From contig NC_042997.1 of assembly GCF_006345805.1 (NCBI RefSeq), forward strand, positions 210,304,001-210,368,000: a stretch of 64,000 bases of DNA, written 5' to 3'. Origin of the DNA: Octopus sinensis (lineage: Eukaryota). Below are positions 1 through 11,999 of the stretch, in pieces (the first letter of the stretch is position 1; each line of letters begins with the position of its first letter). Below the pieces are notes generated by a model. The model was given only the letters and a program-made list of their open reading frames with translations, searched no databases and was not told the origin of the DNA. A program made the translations under genes and the position numbers.

Positions 1-665
1 CAGCTGCATGTGTGCGCACATACACGCGAGTACTGCCCAAATCTCCGACCAATCACATACAGCTAGCTGGCATTCAATTGGCGTATCAAGTTTTAAATAA
101 ATAAAATAATAATAAATAATAATAATAATTGTGTACAGTGCTCAGGTGCACTACAACTCATCTAAAGTGTATGTAGTATAATCAGGTGTAGTTTTGGCGG
201 ATTTCGGAAAGCATGAGGGCCTTAAAGGATGCAGTGTTATGGCAGTCAACAACTGACGCAGGCAGTTTGTTCCATGCTTCAGCAACTCTGAGCGTGAAAA
301 AATGTTTCCGAAAGTCATGGGAGCTGTGTTGTTTTCTGACTTTGTAGGCATGTCCACGTGTGTTAGACACATGGAGATCAAAAAGGGTTCAGTGTTGTTG
401 TTGGTGAGGTGGTTGATAACTTTGTGGGTGTTTACCAAGTCCGTCGGGCATTTTGATTGGGATTTGGATAGAAAATCCACAAAAAAGTCACTTCTATTGA
501 TTTTTTAATGGCTTTGAGGGGTGACTGGGAAATGTAAAGATGTGCACGACCACCCTTGGACGGCTTTGAATGACAATAAAAAGTGCGAGCCCTCTAATTG
601 AAAAATTGTGGATTTGTATAAAGGACACACACAGACAGACATTTTGCTGTTTATATATATAGAGA
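1..665 (-). mobile_element. Non-autonomous Helitron (family of 4157-4524), interrupted by a CR1 fragment and cut by the window edge
   Basis: Reverse complement of the 4157-4524 element; 5' A|TCTCTATATATATAAAC start at ~665; body resumes at 445 after the LINE insertion. Confidence 0.75.
94..446 (-). mobile_element. CR1-clade LINE, 5'-truncated 3' end with (TTA)n-type tail
   Basis: ORFs 151-480 and 182-370 give TRGHAYKVRKQHSSHDFRKHFFTLRVAEAWNKLPASVV, the typical CR1 ORF2 C-terminus; nearly identical to 33029-33365. Confidence 0.85.
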
Positions 666-1914
666 TGGTGACCTTCCAGATGATGACCGACACAACTACT
701 ATATAGAGATGATGACAGACACAACTTCATTTACCTTGACCTAGAAATCCAAAGACTTGTGGAATGAAGTGGAATGGTGCAGTATTTTCTCAAATACCTT
801 TGCAAAAGGGTTGCCATATCCTAAATTCTTTACCCCTGTCCCCTTGTCACTTTTGATGTCTTCTGTTCCACATGCGACAACAGCCACTATTGTCTTCTAA
901 ATTTACAGGGCGCAATGGATAAAATGTCGCCATTTTATATATTGTAGGGTAAGATGGGCACTGTCTGTGAGAAAAACAGTACCATGACACAATTCACTCT
1001 GCCAGAAATTTGGAAACAACAAGCTATACTGCTTGGCATTCATGATGATGACGATGATGACACAGTTTTAAAAATTAAAATAGCTGGGGGGGGGGGGTTT
1101 ATCAAAAACCATTTCCTTACTTTTAAAATCTCAGCCCAAAGATCTTCACAAGCATCATGTAGAACCTACAAAATAAAATGTTACATGTTTTTAAACATCT
1201 CAAGTAAATACCATTTGAAATACAAAGGTGGGTACCACTAATCAAGGAAGTTAACTTCAATAAACCATTAACGTTAATTTTTATTATAGAAAAAAAAAAT
1301 CAGTTTTTCCCCTAAAAACCTCCAAAAAACACCTTTAAAAAGTGCCAAAACTATAAAATCCGTTAACTTTAATTCATTTGAAGTTAACGGAAGTTAATTA
1401 GTACAATAATGATTTCCAAAGTTAACTTAAAAGTTAAATCGTTCGTGTAAATGTTAACTTCGTTAACTAACGATTAATGAATTAATGGTTTGGTGCCCAG
1501 GTTTGTTAAAATGTTAGTCAAAATCTCACATTTTACAGAAAATTAAGGCAGCATGCCAGGCAAAATGGTTAGCAGCTTTTTTCGTTTGTCTTCAAAATTT
1601 GAACTTCAGTTCTGCTGAGGTCAACTTTGCCATTAAATCCTAAAGGGGGGGGGGCGATGAAATGAGTTGAGAAATGAGGTTGATGTAATCAACTTAACCC
1701 ACCTCACTGAAATTGCTGGCCTTGTGCCAAAATTTGAAACCGATACATTACAGAAAGCAAAGAGAGGTTTTCCTTCAGGTTTATCAAAGTTCCATCGTAA
1801 AAATTACAAAATGTTGAAAAAAAAAGTCTTCAAAAGCTGGTTGACATTGGGAATGTTTGTAACTGGGTCGACCACAACAGAGCACCATATTTCTTTATGG
1901 TACTTACTGTATAC

Positions 1915-1990
1915 CAGGGGTTCCCAACCTTTTCACTACCAAGGACCCCTTTTATTTAAATGAATTTTCTCACAGACCCCTTTTATATGC
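1915..1990 (+). mobile_element. hAT-like MITE terminus
   Basis: CAGGGGTTCCCAACCTTTT is a typical hAT/Charlie TIR start; a related end in the opposite orientation lies at ~59660-59730. Confidence 0.45.
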
Positions 1991-1999
1991 TGATCCTTA

Positions 2000-2345
2000 C
2001 AAAGGCAATGACCAAGACCTTTGGCATTCTCGTGCTTCAGAAAGACCCGTCAAGCCGAATATAATCTCAGTCGTGGCAGATACCAGTGTCACACAAATGT
2101 CACCTGTGCCAGTGGCATGTAAACACACCCTGGTGTCACACAAATGGCAACCATGCCGGTGGCATGTAAAAGCACCCCTTACACTCTCAGGGTGGTTGCC
2201 ATTAAGAAGGGCATCCAACCATAGAAAACCATGCTAAATCAGACAGGAGTCTGTCCCAGCAGCCTTCCAGTGTGCCAGCCCTGGTCAAACCATCCGACCC
2301 ATGCCAGCATGGACAACAAACGTTAAATGATGATGATGATGATAT
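2000..2345 (+). mobile_element. RTE LINE 3' end (or SINE sharing the RTE tail) with (GAT)n tail
   Basis: AAGGGCATCCA..GTAGAAA body ending in (GAT)n. Similar copies at ~2970-3600(-), 12300-12640(+), 14880-15380(-), 18545-19090(-), 26805-27200(-), 38930-39300(+), 44215-44425(+), 44700-45410(+), 63238-63830(-). Confidence 0.75.
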
Positions 2346-4156
2346 GAAATTTTGAATTTAGTTCACAGAACACCAGTACTACCTTTGCGGACCAGCAAAG
2401 CTTTGATTGGACTGGAGCTACAGCAGAAGGCCCTTGCTCAAGGTGCCATTTAGTGGGACTGAACCTAAAACTACACGACTGGGAAGTTACCTCCCAAACC
2501 ACACAGTCATGTCTGCATCCATGTGTGCCATGTGTGGCACAGTTTGTGTCATCCCACTCACAAAACATTGGATAAGAAATTTTGACAAAGACATTTATCC
2601 TTTCTATTATAGACACAAGGCCTGAAATTTTGGGGGAGGGGACGCTAATTGATTACATCAACCCCCGTGCGTAACTGGTACTTATATACCGCTAAGCATT
2701 TTGCCCGGAGTGCTAACGATTCTACCAGCTTGCCACCTTACAAACAAACAAAGAGAGATGTGATGACACTTGCCTGAATTGAGACAGAAGAGGATGGAAC
2801 TAACGCCATGGTTCTGTGAAGCAAACAAGTCTAGACTAATTAACAACAACTCATAATTAGATAATTATTATTTAGTTCATTCTATACTTACTTTATTCAG
2901 TTTTGATTCTGTAACACTCTCTGGGGGGTCACCTGCAAACACAAAGAAATATATTATTATTATTATCATTATTTATCATCATCATTGTTTAATGTCTGTT
3001 TTCCATACTGGCATGAGTTGGACGGTTCAACTGGAGTCTGGGACACCAGGAGGCTGCACCAGGCTCCAGTCTGATCTGGCAGAGTTTCTACAGCTGGATG
3101 CCTTTCATAACACCAACCACTCCGTGAGTGTAGTAGGTGCTTTTTACGTGCCATCGGCACAGAAGCCAGAGGAGGCTGGCATCGACCACATTCGGATGGT
3201 GACTTTTACGTGCCATCAGCACGGGAGCCTGTCAAGGCAGCACTGGCATCAGCCACATTCAGATGGTGCTCTTTATGTGCCACTGGCACAGGAGCCAGTC
3301 GGGGTGAGGGGGCTGGCATCAGCCACATTCGGATGGTGCCCTTTACGTGCCACCAGCACAGGGAGCCAGTCAGGTGGAGCTGGCATCAGCCACAACTTCA
3401 ATTCCCATTTGATTGTGGTTTGATTTGATTTTTGATTTTACTCGACTCCATAGGTCTCCTCAAGCACGGCAGGTCACCCTACGATTCAAAGGTACTTTTT
3501 TAAGTGGGTTGGTTATGCGACACTGGTGTAGGGCTACAGCTGTGATCTCACTTTATTCGCCAGGTCTTCTTCACATTATTATGTCAGGGTGCACGGCTTA
3601 GTGGTTAGAGTGTTGCACTCACGATCACTGGGTCATAGTCAATTCCTAGAATGGGCGGTGTGTTGTGTTCTTAAGCAAAACTCTTCATTTCATGTAGCTC
3701 TGTGATCCCTTTCACACCTGATCCATGATACACTTGTGCACCTGTTTAGGCAACATCGATTTGGTGGAGAGAGGGAGCGAACGTGAGGCACAAACTTTTG
3801 ATCTCTATAAGCAAATTTGAACTCAGAACGCAGCAACTGGTAAAATACCGCTAAGCATTTCGCCCGGCATGCTAACGATTCTGCCAGCTTGCCACCTTAC
3901 AAACAAACAAAGAGAGATGTGATGAAAGGCACTTGCCTGAATTGAGACAGAAGAGGATGGAACTGAAGCCATGGTTCTGTGAAGCAAACTTCTTAAAGTA
4001 CGCAGCCAAACAAGTCTACACTAATTAATAACAACTCATAATTAGATATGATCATCATCATCTTAACACAGTCATTTTTCTATGCTTCCATGAATCACAC
4101 AGTTTGTTGAGGCAGATTATTTTACAGCCGGATGCTCTTCCTGTTGACAACCTTCA

Positions 4157-4524
4157 TCTCTCTATATATAAACGGCAAAATGTCCGTGTGTGTGTGTGTC
4201 CTTTATACAAATCCACAATTTTTCAGTTAGAGGGCTCGCACTTTCTATGGTCATTCAAAACCGTCCAAGGGCGGTCATGCATATCTTTACATTTCCCCAG
4301 TCACCCCGCAAAGCCATTAAAAAATCAATAGAAGTGACATTTTTGTGAATTTTCTATCCAAAACCCAATCAAAATGCCCGAAACTTGATACGCCAATTGA
4401 ATGCCAGCTAGCTGTATGTGATTGGTCGGAGATTTGGACAGTATTCGCGTGTATGTGTGCACACACGCAGCTGTATATGCATGCACTAGCACTATGACCC
4501 GGCAACACCGGGTCATAGTGCTAG
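4157..4524 (+). mobile_element. Complete non-autonomous Helitron (~370 bp)
   Basis: Inserted between A and T; 5' TC(TC)TATATATAAAC; 3' CTAG|T; terminal hairpin 4485-4525; other copies at 1-665(-) and 28701-29040(+). Confidence 0.8.
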
Positions 4525-5189
4525 TACTTTTATAAACAAGGTAATAACTCCCCCCTGACCAGAGACAATTCCAGGGAAGACTGGAAAGAAATACATTGCT
4601 TCTACGATGATGATGCTCATTTAATGTGATATAAGACAAGGAGACACCTGCAAACACATACACACACACGGCAGGCTTCTTTCAGTCTCCACAACCAAAT
4701 CCTTTCGGAAGGCTTTGGTTAGCCCCGGGCTATAGGGAAGACACTTATTTAAGATGCTCCATGGTGGGACTAAACCTACAACCTATGTGGTTGGGAAGCA
4801 AACTTAATCGCACGACCAAACTTGCACATAAAAAGAAATAAAATAGTAAAGATTTTTAAAAAAGCCACAAATTCAATTCTATCAATATTTTTCCGAATAA
4901 AAGCAGATGTTGCATGAATTTGTCTACAAATTATGAAAGAGATTCGTTTGGCCTCACTTCCCAGCCACAACCGACATCATACATGAATTGTCTCCCTTGC
5001 ATGCTCGGCTGAAAACATTCCAAATCTGTAACTTATTTTAGGACTTCATTAGTTGAAACACAGCCAATGAATTTTAATATCAAAGATGGGACTAATTAAC
5101 GATCTGTTGGTGTTTATGGCCACATGTCTGCCCTAAAGAACAAACCTCTAATCAAAGGAGGAGGAGATAATAACAGAACAAAAAGAAGA

Positions 5190-6230
5190 ACTGGAGGTTC
5201 CTACAGGACAACTTAATGAGGGCCACTGCGCTCGTTTGTGGCTGGTGCGAAGTTACCTTCAGACCTAAGGTGACATGGTGGTCAAAAAGTGAAGTAGACA
5301 GGGCCATTTGAGCAAGGAACACGACTGGAAGAGAGATGGTAGCAGAGAATTCTATCAAGTAGCTTCAAGGGAAGCTAAGAGGCTGGTAGTTTTAGCCAGG
5401 AGAGAAGCAGAAAGGAAGAAGGTGTTTCAGATTGCAATACAGTGTGTCAGAGAAAATTGCGATGTTGCAGGAGAGAAGTGTTTGCATGGACGAAGGCTCA
5501 CTTGCAGTTAGTGATTCTGCAAAGAGGCATGGAAATACCATTATGAAAGCTTGCTCAATGTAGAGAACTCATGGAAGGAGAGCCTGCCTAATGTGGGCCC
5601 AACAATCAGAATAGACAGTAGCTGGGTAGATAAAGCTATGAGGGATATGAAGACAAAGGAAGCCTGGTGGGGTGGGATATGGCCTGGTCACCCATGTAGT
5701 TGATCGGGTCGTCCATGAAGGAGTCATACCCAACAACTGTTGTAGCAGTACCATAACTAATTGCTACAAAGGTAAAAATAATTACAGAGGTATCAAATTG
5801 CTGAGCCAGGTGATGAAAGTCACAGAAAGGGTCACGGCTTAATTAATTAGGAAGAGAATTAACCTAGATGAGATGCAGTTTGGTTTTGTGCCAGGGAGAA
5901 GTATTTAACCAAAAATAAACCTCCATACTTGGCTTTTGCTGACATGGAGAAACCCTCTGACAGGGTATCCTGCTCCCTTACCAGGTAGTCAACGTGGAAG
6001 CTAGGGATAGATGAGTGGTTGGTGAGAGTTGCACAAGCCATGTACAGGGGTGCTGTCAGTAAGGTGTAAGTCAGAATTGGGTATAGCCAAGAAATTAGCG
6101 TACAGGTGGGAGTTCACCAAAAATCAGTTCTCAGCCCCTTCGTTTACCATAGTCCACCAGGTCTCAACAGAGATTCAAGTCTGGTTGCTCTTGGCAGTTC
6201 CTCTATGCTGATGACCCTGTTCTTATTACT
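5190..6230 (+). pseudogene. Decayed RTE LINE ORF (endonuclease-RT linker and RT), with stops and frameshifts
   Basis: WKRDGSREFYQVASREAKR, DEMQFGFVPG and YADD-like CTATGCTGATGAC motifs; homologous to 33555-36470. Confidence 0.8.
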
Positions 6231-6329
6231 GCACTACCAGAACTAGAAGAAATTTCAGGTGTGGAAGCAAGACTTGTCTATTTAACACCCCCATCCAACA
6301 TAAAAGGTGAGTATCGGTTGCAAGTATTT

Positions 6330-6610
6330 GAGCCAGGTCCCTAGTTTGAAAGTAAGCTGTCCTGGGCGAAATACTGTATAACACTACCATGTTGTTAGTT
6401 GTCGGAGCACTGCCTCCTTTAAAACTTCCATGCTTCCTGAGATTCGCCAACACTACACCTGATTTTCTCCCCTCCATACCCACACAAGCATGTACCTGAC
6501 TCATACACTGTTCGCTTCCCAGACATTTTTACATTACTGCATACACTTTATACGCACCTTCTGACAAGTTGTGGTGCACCTGAGCACTGTATACAATAAT
6601 TTCATTATTT
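6330..6610 (+). mobile_element. Degenerate CR1 LINE 3' end
   Basis: Ends in GTGCACCTGAGCACTGTATACAATAAT, the same terminus as the CR1 copies at 94 and 33029. Confidence 0.65.
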
Positions 6611-6999
6611 TTATTTTAACACCTGTAAGCCACCTGGCCTAGAGTAACAGGTTAAATCATGGAATATAGTAAGGTGGATGGGCAGTCTTAGGTAAGCAGA
6701 CACCATCCATTGACTAACGATGTTGGGAAGAGGAACCTTTGTGGAGATCAACGGAAAGGATCACCAAGTATATTCGTACTGATGTCTTAGACACTCGGTG
6801 ACCATGACCATTTTTAGCAATTAAAGATTTGTACCACACACAGTGTGCATTGCGGGGGGTGTATTTACATATGTATGCATAAGTAATCATTTTATATTCG
6901 GGTATACATCTTTTAGTATGCAGTTTAAAGCCCCATACACTGTAGTCAGTTACCTGATGTCATCAACAGTACGAAGGTATATGCCACTGGATTTACTTC

Positions 7000-7320
7000 A
7001 GGAATTTCTTGTACGTATATCTTTATATATATGGTAAATTTTGATCCTCTCACTCGCACGATTTTCACTAAGAAAAAAAAAACTCGGATTCTTTTGCGTG
7101 GAATCAAGTACCCTGACCTCCTAATATGCTGCAAATCCCTTATTTTGTGTGGGGGGAACCGCTCCCCACTTCCATATCCCGGAATCATTGGAAAATTTTT
7201 TTTTATTTTTCGTTGAATGAATTCTGGTGGCCTCCTAATATGCTACAAAACACTTTTTTGAGTTGGGATAAACGGGGTGGGTTCAAAATTTACCGAATTT
7301 CTTGTAAGTACGTATATATA
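7000..7320. mobile_element. Possible Helitron/Helentron-type non-autonomous element with subterminal inverted repeats
   Basis: GGTAAATTTTGATCC (7033-7047) inverted against GGGTTCAAAATTTACC (7279-7294); direct repeat GAATTTCTTGTA..CGTATAT at both ends. Confidence 0.35.
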
Positions 7321-7327
7321 TATACAT

Positions 7328-7493
7328 AGAGGCGCAGGAGTGGCTGTGTGGTAAGTAGCTTGTTTACCAACCACATGGTTCCGGGTTCAGTCCCACTGCG
7401 TGGCACCTTGGGCAAGTGTCTTCTGCTATAGCCTCGGGCCGACCAAAGCCTTGTGAGTGGATTTGGTAGACGGAAACCGAAAGAAGCCTGTCG

Positions 7494-7525
<32 letters not shown>

Positions 7526-7742
7526 TGTGTGTGTTTGTGTGTCTGTGTTTGTCCCCCAAGCATTGCTTGACAACCGATGCTGGTGTGTGTTTACGTCCCC
7601 GTCACTTAGCGGTTCAGCAAAAGAGACCGATAGAATAAGTACTAGGCTTACAAAAAGAATAAGTCCCGGGGTCGAATTGCTCGACTAAAGGCAGTGCTCC
7701 AGCATGACCGCAGTCAAATGACTAAAACAAGTAAAAGAGTAA
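7328..7742 (+). mobile_element. tRNA-derived SINE family A (full length)
   Basis: A-box TGGCTGTGTGG, B-box GGTTCAGTCCC, CCTTGGGCAAGTGTCTT core, internal (TA)/(TG) tract. Copies at 16760-17150(-), 32395-32790(+), 38230-38560(+), 40875-41265(+) and many fragments. Confidence 0.8.
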
Positions 7743-7772
7743 AGTGTATATATATATATACTCTTTGTATGG

Positions 7773-7816
<44 letters not shown>

Positions 7817-8339
7817 ACTTTGATAGGTTTCGGCCAGTAAAGGCCCAGGCCATGTCCAACTTAATTATAGCAGCACCACCCAGTTGAAGTCTTTTAGTCT
7901 TATATATATAAACAATTGCAGCGTGGAAGGTGTTTATAAGCCATTTAAGAAACACACAGAAACCGTTAGATTCAATTCAACATTTAAATGAAATTTGCCA
8001 AAACATTTCCGCCGTTTCGAAACCGCGACCCTTCCATCGACAAAATTCCGGCGCGCGCATAACTGACATATACATATATATATATATATATAAAATGCCA
8101 TGCTAGTTCTTATTATTATTAGTTTTTAAAGTATTTTTACCTGACATGTTGAGGCGGACGAAGGGAAGGAAAGAGGGAGGGATTCTGGCGCTTCTTTCGC
8201 CGAATCAGTTCCAAAAGTTTTCAAAAGATTTTCATTTCACAAACAAACAACAACAAAAACAATATTTAAATAGCGCGCACCGGTGCTGCCCTCTCACGGC
8301 CACCGGTTACATATGCGCGCGCACACACACACACTATTT

Positions 8340-8354
8340 TTATATATATATATG

Positions 8355-8409
<55 letters not shown>

Positions 8410-8419
8410 TATGTATATA

Positions 8420-8485
<66 letters not shown>

Positions 8486-8494
8486 TATATATAC

Positions 8495-8549
<55 letters not shown>

Positions 8550-8585
8550 ACATATATATATTATATATACAATATATATTATATA

Positions 8586-8665
<80 letters not shown>

Positions 8666-8810
8666 TATATATACATATACATTATATATAATATATATAT
8701 GTATATTAATATATACATCTATATATACATATATATAATATATACATGTATATATACATATATATAATATATACATGTATATATACATGTATATATTATA
8801 TACATATATT
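8340..8810. repeat. (TA)n microsatellite, ~470 bp
   Basis: Directly visible. Confidence 0.95.
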
Positions 8811-8816
8811 TGCCCC

Positions 8817-9139
8817 ATGGCAATTTTTCGTCTCTAGTAGACCTTTCCGTCGATTTCCGTAGTCTCTAGTAGACCTTTCCGTCGATTTCCGTAAAAAAAT
8901 TTATTTTTGTTTTACATATGGGCTTGCGGAAACTTTTGAAGTAATGAGAGCGAAAGAGACTAAGAGAAAGCGATTGTATGACGAGGGAAGTTCTTTTGAA
9001 GTTACCGTTCAGGGGAAGCATTGATGTACATGTGTGTGTGTGTGTTTGATGGGGTGTGGGAGACAGACAGTATATGTAAAAAAAAAAAATTATTTACGGA
9101 AATCGACGGAAAGGTCTACTAGAGACGAAAGATTGCCAT
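8817..9139. mobile_element. MITE with ~45-bp TIRs (superfamily unresolved)
   Basis: ATGGCAATTTTTCGTCTCTAGTAGACCTTTCCGTCGATTTCCGTA mirrored at 9095-9139. Confidence 0.75.
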
Positions 9140-9659
9140 ATATTTATATATAAGTATATATATATATATGAAACAGCACCGATAGAATACACTCGGCCAA
9201 GGTGCCACGCAGTGGGACTGAACCCAGAACCGCATGCGAACCTCTTCGACATACAGCCAGCCACACACACACACACACATGCAGTGCTATGGATAAAAGT
9301 TGTGTGTAAAACCGTTGTTTATTCTTCCAGTTGGCTGCACAAGGCCCCTAGATTTGTGTGGAGGTGAAGAAATTAGTCGATTAAATAGCTCCCGTGGGGT
9401 GGGACGGTACTTGGTTTTTTTATGAACCCCCCCCCCCCCCAAAAAAAAAGAAAAATGGTAAAAGGCAAGATTTTTAGTCGTTTAATCGGAAGAAAACAAC
9501 GGTAAAAGTCTCAAAACCATCCTCGGCTGTCATTAAATGTAATTTAAGTGAGTTCATGCGTCGCAACTCTTTATTCCGTTCTGCATCAACGAACACAGAA
9601 ACACTCACACACGACTACGGGTATTTTCGCGCCCATTTTTACAAATTCTTCTCAAAGTC

Positions 9660-9852
9660 GTTACAACTGCTTCTGCTGCTGCCACTACTGCTACTACTGC
9701 TGCCACTACTACTACTGCTGCTACTACTACTACTGCTACTACTACTACTACTACTACTGCTACTACTACTACTACTGCTGCTACTACTACTGCTACTACT
9801 GCTGCTACTACTACTACTGCTGCTACTACTACTACTACTACTACTGCTGCTG

Positions 9853-9884
<32 letters not shown>

Positions 9885-9969
9885 GCTGCTACTACTACTA
9901 CTGCTGCTACCACTACTGCTGCTACTACTACTACTGCTACTACTACTGCTGCTACTACTACTGCTGCTG

Positions 9970-10034
<65 letters not shown>

Positions 10035-10259
10035 ACTACAACTACTACTACTGCTGCTACTACTACTACTACTGCTGCTGCTACTACTACTACTGCTGCT
10101 GCTGCTAATAATAATAATAATAATACTGCTACTACAACTACTACTGCTGCTACTACTACTACTACTACTGCTGCTTCTGCTAATAATACTACTATTACTA
10201 CTACTACTGCTACTACTACTGCTACACTACTACTACTACTGCTACTACTACTACTACTG

Positions 10260-10297
<38 letters not shown>

Positions 10298-10300
10298 GTT
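9660..10300. repeat. (CTA/CTG)n trinucleotide tract, ~640 bp
   Basis: Directly visible; explains the poly-L/Y/C/V ORFs. Confidence 0.95.
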
Positions 10301-10340
10301 CCGGATGTTGTGTCTGTCTATTTATATTTACTAATGTATA

Positions 10341-11040
10341 AGGTGGCGAGCTGGCAGAAACGTTAGCACGCCGGGCTAAATGCGTAGCCGTATTTCGTCT
10401 GCCATTACGTTCTGAGTTCAAATTCCGCCGAGGTGACTTTGCCTTTCATCCTTTCGGGGTCGATAAATAAAGTACCAGTTTCGCACTGGGGTCGATGTAA
10501 TCGACGACCTAATCCGTTTGTCTGCTCTTGTTTGTCCCCTCTATGTTTAGCCCCTTGTGGGCAGTAAAGAAATGTATATTTTCCGCCGAGGTCGACTTTG
10601 CCTTTCATCCTTTCGAGGTCGATAAATTAAGTACCAGTTACGCACTGGGGTCGATGTAAACCACTTAATCCGTTTGTCTGCCCTTGTTTGTCCCCTCTAT
10701 GTTTAGCCCCTTGTGGGCAGTAAAGAAATGTATATTTTCCGCCGAGGTCGACTTTGCCTTTCATCCTTTCGAGGTCGATAAATTAAGTACCAGTTACGCA
10801 CTGGGGTCGATATAATCGACTTAATCTGTTTGTCTGCCCTTGTTTGTCCCCTCTATGTTTAGCCCCTTGTGGGCAGTAAAGAAATATATATTTTCCGCCG
10901 AGGTCGACTTTGCCTTTCATCCTTTCGAGGTCGATAAATTAAGTACCAGTTACGCACTGGGGTCGATATAATCGACTTAATCTGTTTGTCTGTCCTTGTT
11001 TGTCCCCTCTGTGTTTAGTCCCTTGTGGGTAGTAAAGAAT
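10341..11040 (+). mobile_element. tRNA-derived SINE family B followed by three tandem ~156-bp copies of its 3' part
   Basis: Head GGCGAGCTGGCAGAAACGTTAGC..GAGTTCAAATTCC; central GCCTTTCATCCTTTCGGGGTCGATAAA..GTACCAG resembles the Meta/Sauria SINE domain; units start at 10423, 10581, 10737 and 10893. Confidence 0.85.
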
Positions 11041-11567
11041 GAAGGTATTTACTAATGTTATTCAGTTCAACAATTTTCTTTGATACTGAGATCATCTCGT
11101 CTTATTTTCAGGTATGGAAAAAAATTCTCACAGATCGAATCCTCACACACACAGTCTTTACACACATGCGCGCATGTACGTGTATGTCTGTGGAGTGGCG
11201 TAGCTTAATGGTTAGAGTGTTGCACTCGAGATTGTATGATTGTGGTTTCGATTCCGAGAGCGGGCGGTGCGTTGTGTTCCTTGAGCAACACACTTCATTT
11301 CATGTTGTTCCGGTCCACTGACAAAAATGATTCTGCAACTGACCAGCGTCTCGTCCGGTGGAAGGCGAAGATATGAGCCACAGAATACTGAAAACCAGTC
11401 TTATGAGCTGAATGCTCTGTGATCGCTGTGAAGAATACAAGATGTGACATGGACAGCGGCAACGGAGGCTACGAAGTCGTGGCCAGCAGTAAGGGACATG
11501 GTAGACATTCTGTCTGCATCCACACACCACAGTTCATCTCCGAATCATTGAATAGAGTCTTAGAATC

Positions 11568-11877
11568 GGTACTACTAGCGAACAGTGATCCCGGTGTGCG
11601 CATCCACGCTAGCTAGTCGTAAGTAGTCGATCCTACAACGACTTTTTAACCCTAACCCTAACCCTAACCTTAGTTTGTTTATAAAAATAATTTATTTACT
11701 TAGTTTAAAAAATTATTTACTTTGCGTTTTATTTACTTTGTTCGAAAAATATTATTTAATTTTCTTTGATTTGTATTCAGCCTTGAAATACAAACATACA
11801 TGCAAATCATAGGATCGACTACTTACGACTAGCTAGCGCGAGTGCGTGCACCGGGACCACAGTTCGCTAGTAGTACC
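11568..11877. mobile_element. Merlin-like MITE with 68-bp TIRs and an internal (TAACCC)n tract
   Basis: TIRs at 11568-11635 and 11810-11877 start GGTAC (fits Merlin GGNRM); imperfect 8-bp flanks TTAGAATC/TTAGGCTC. Confidence 0.6.
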
Positions 11878-11999
11878 TTAGGCTCAATTCAGGTAGCGGT
11901 GTAAAGCCTATGGTCAATCCCAGGCTCAGGGCGGAGTTGCTGCTGAAAGACCCCATGTAAGGTAACAGGATTTGGTTTTTTGTCATCTCTTGCCATATC

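Noticed and set aside
7820-8050. Additional hammerheads at ~7822-7855(-), ~8005-8045(-) and ~38020-38060(+)
   Set aside because: Stem II and GAAAC remnants are visible but the CUGANGA box or cleavage site is destroyed; these are decayed Penelope-like relics.
11647-11672. True telomere or chromosome fusion site
   Set aside because: Only about four units, lying inside a TIR-bounded element.
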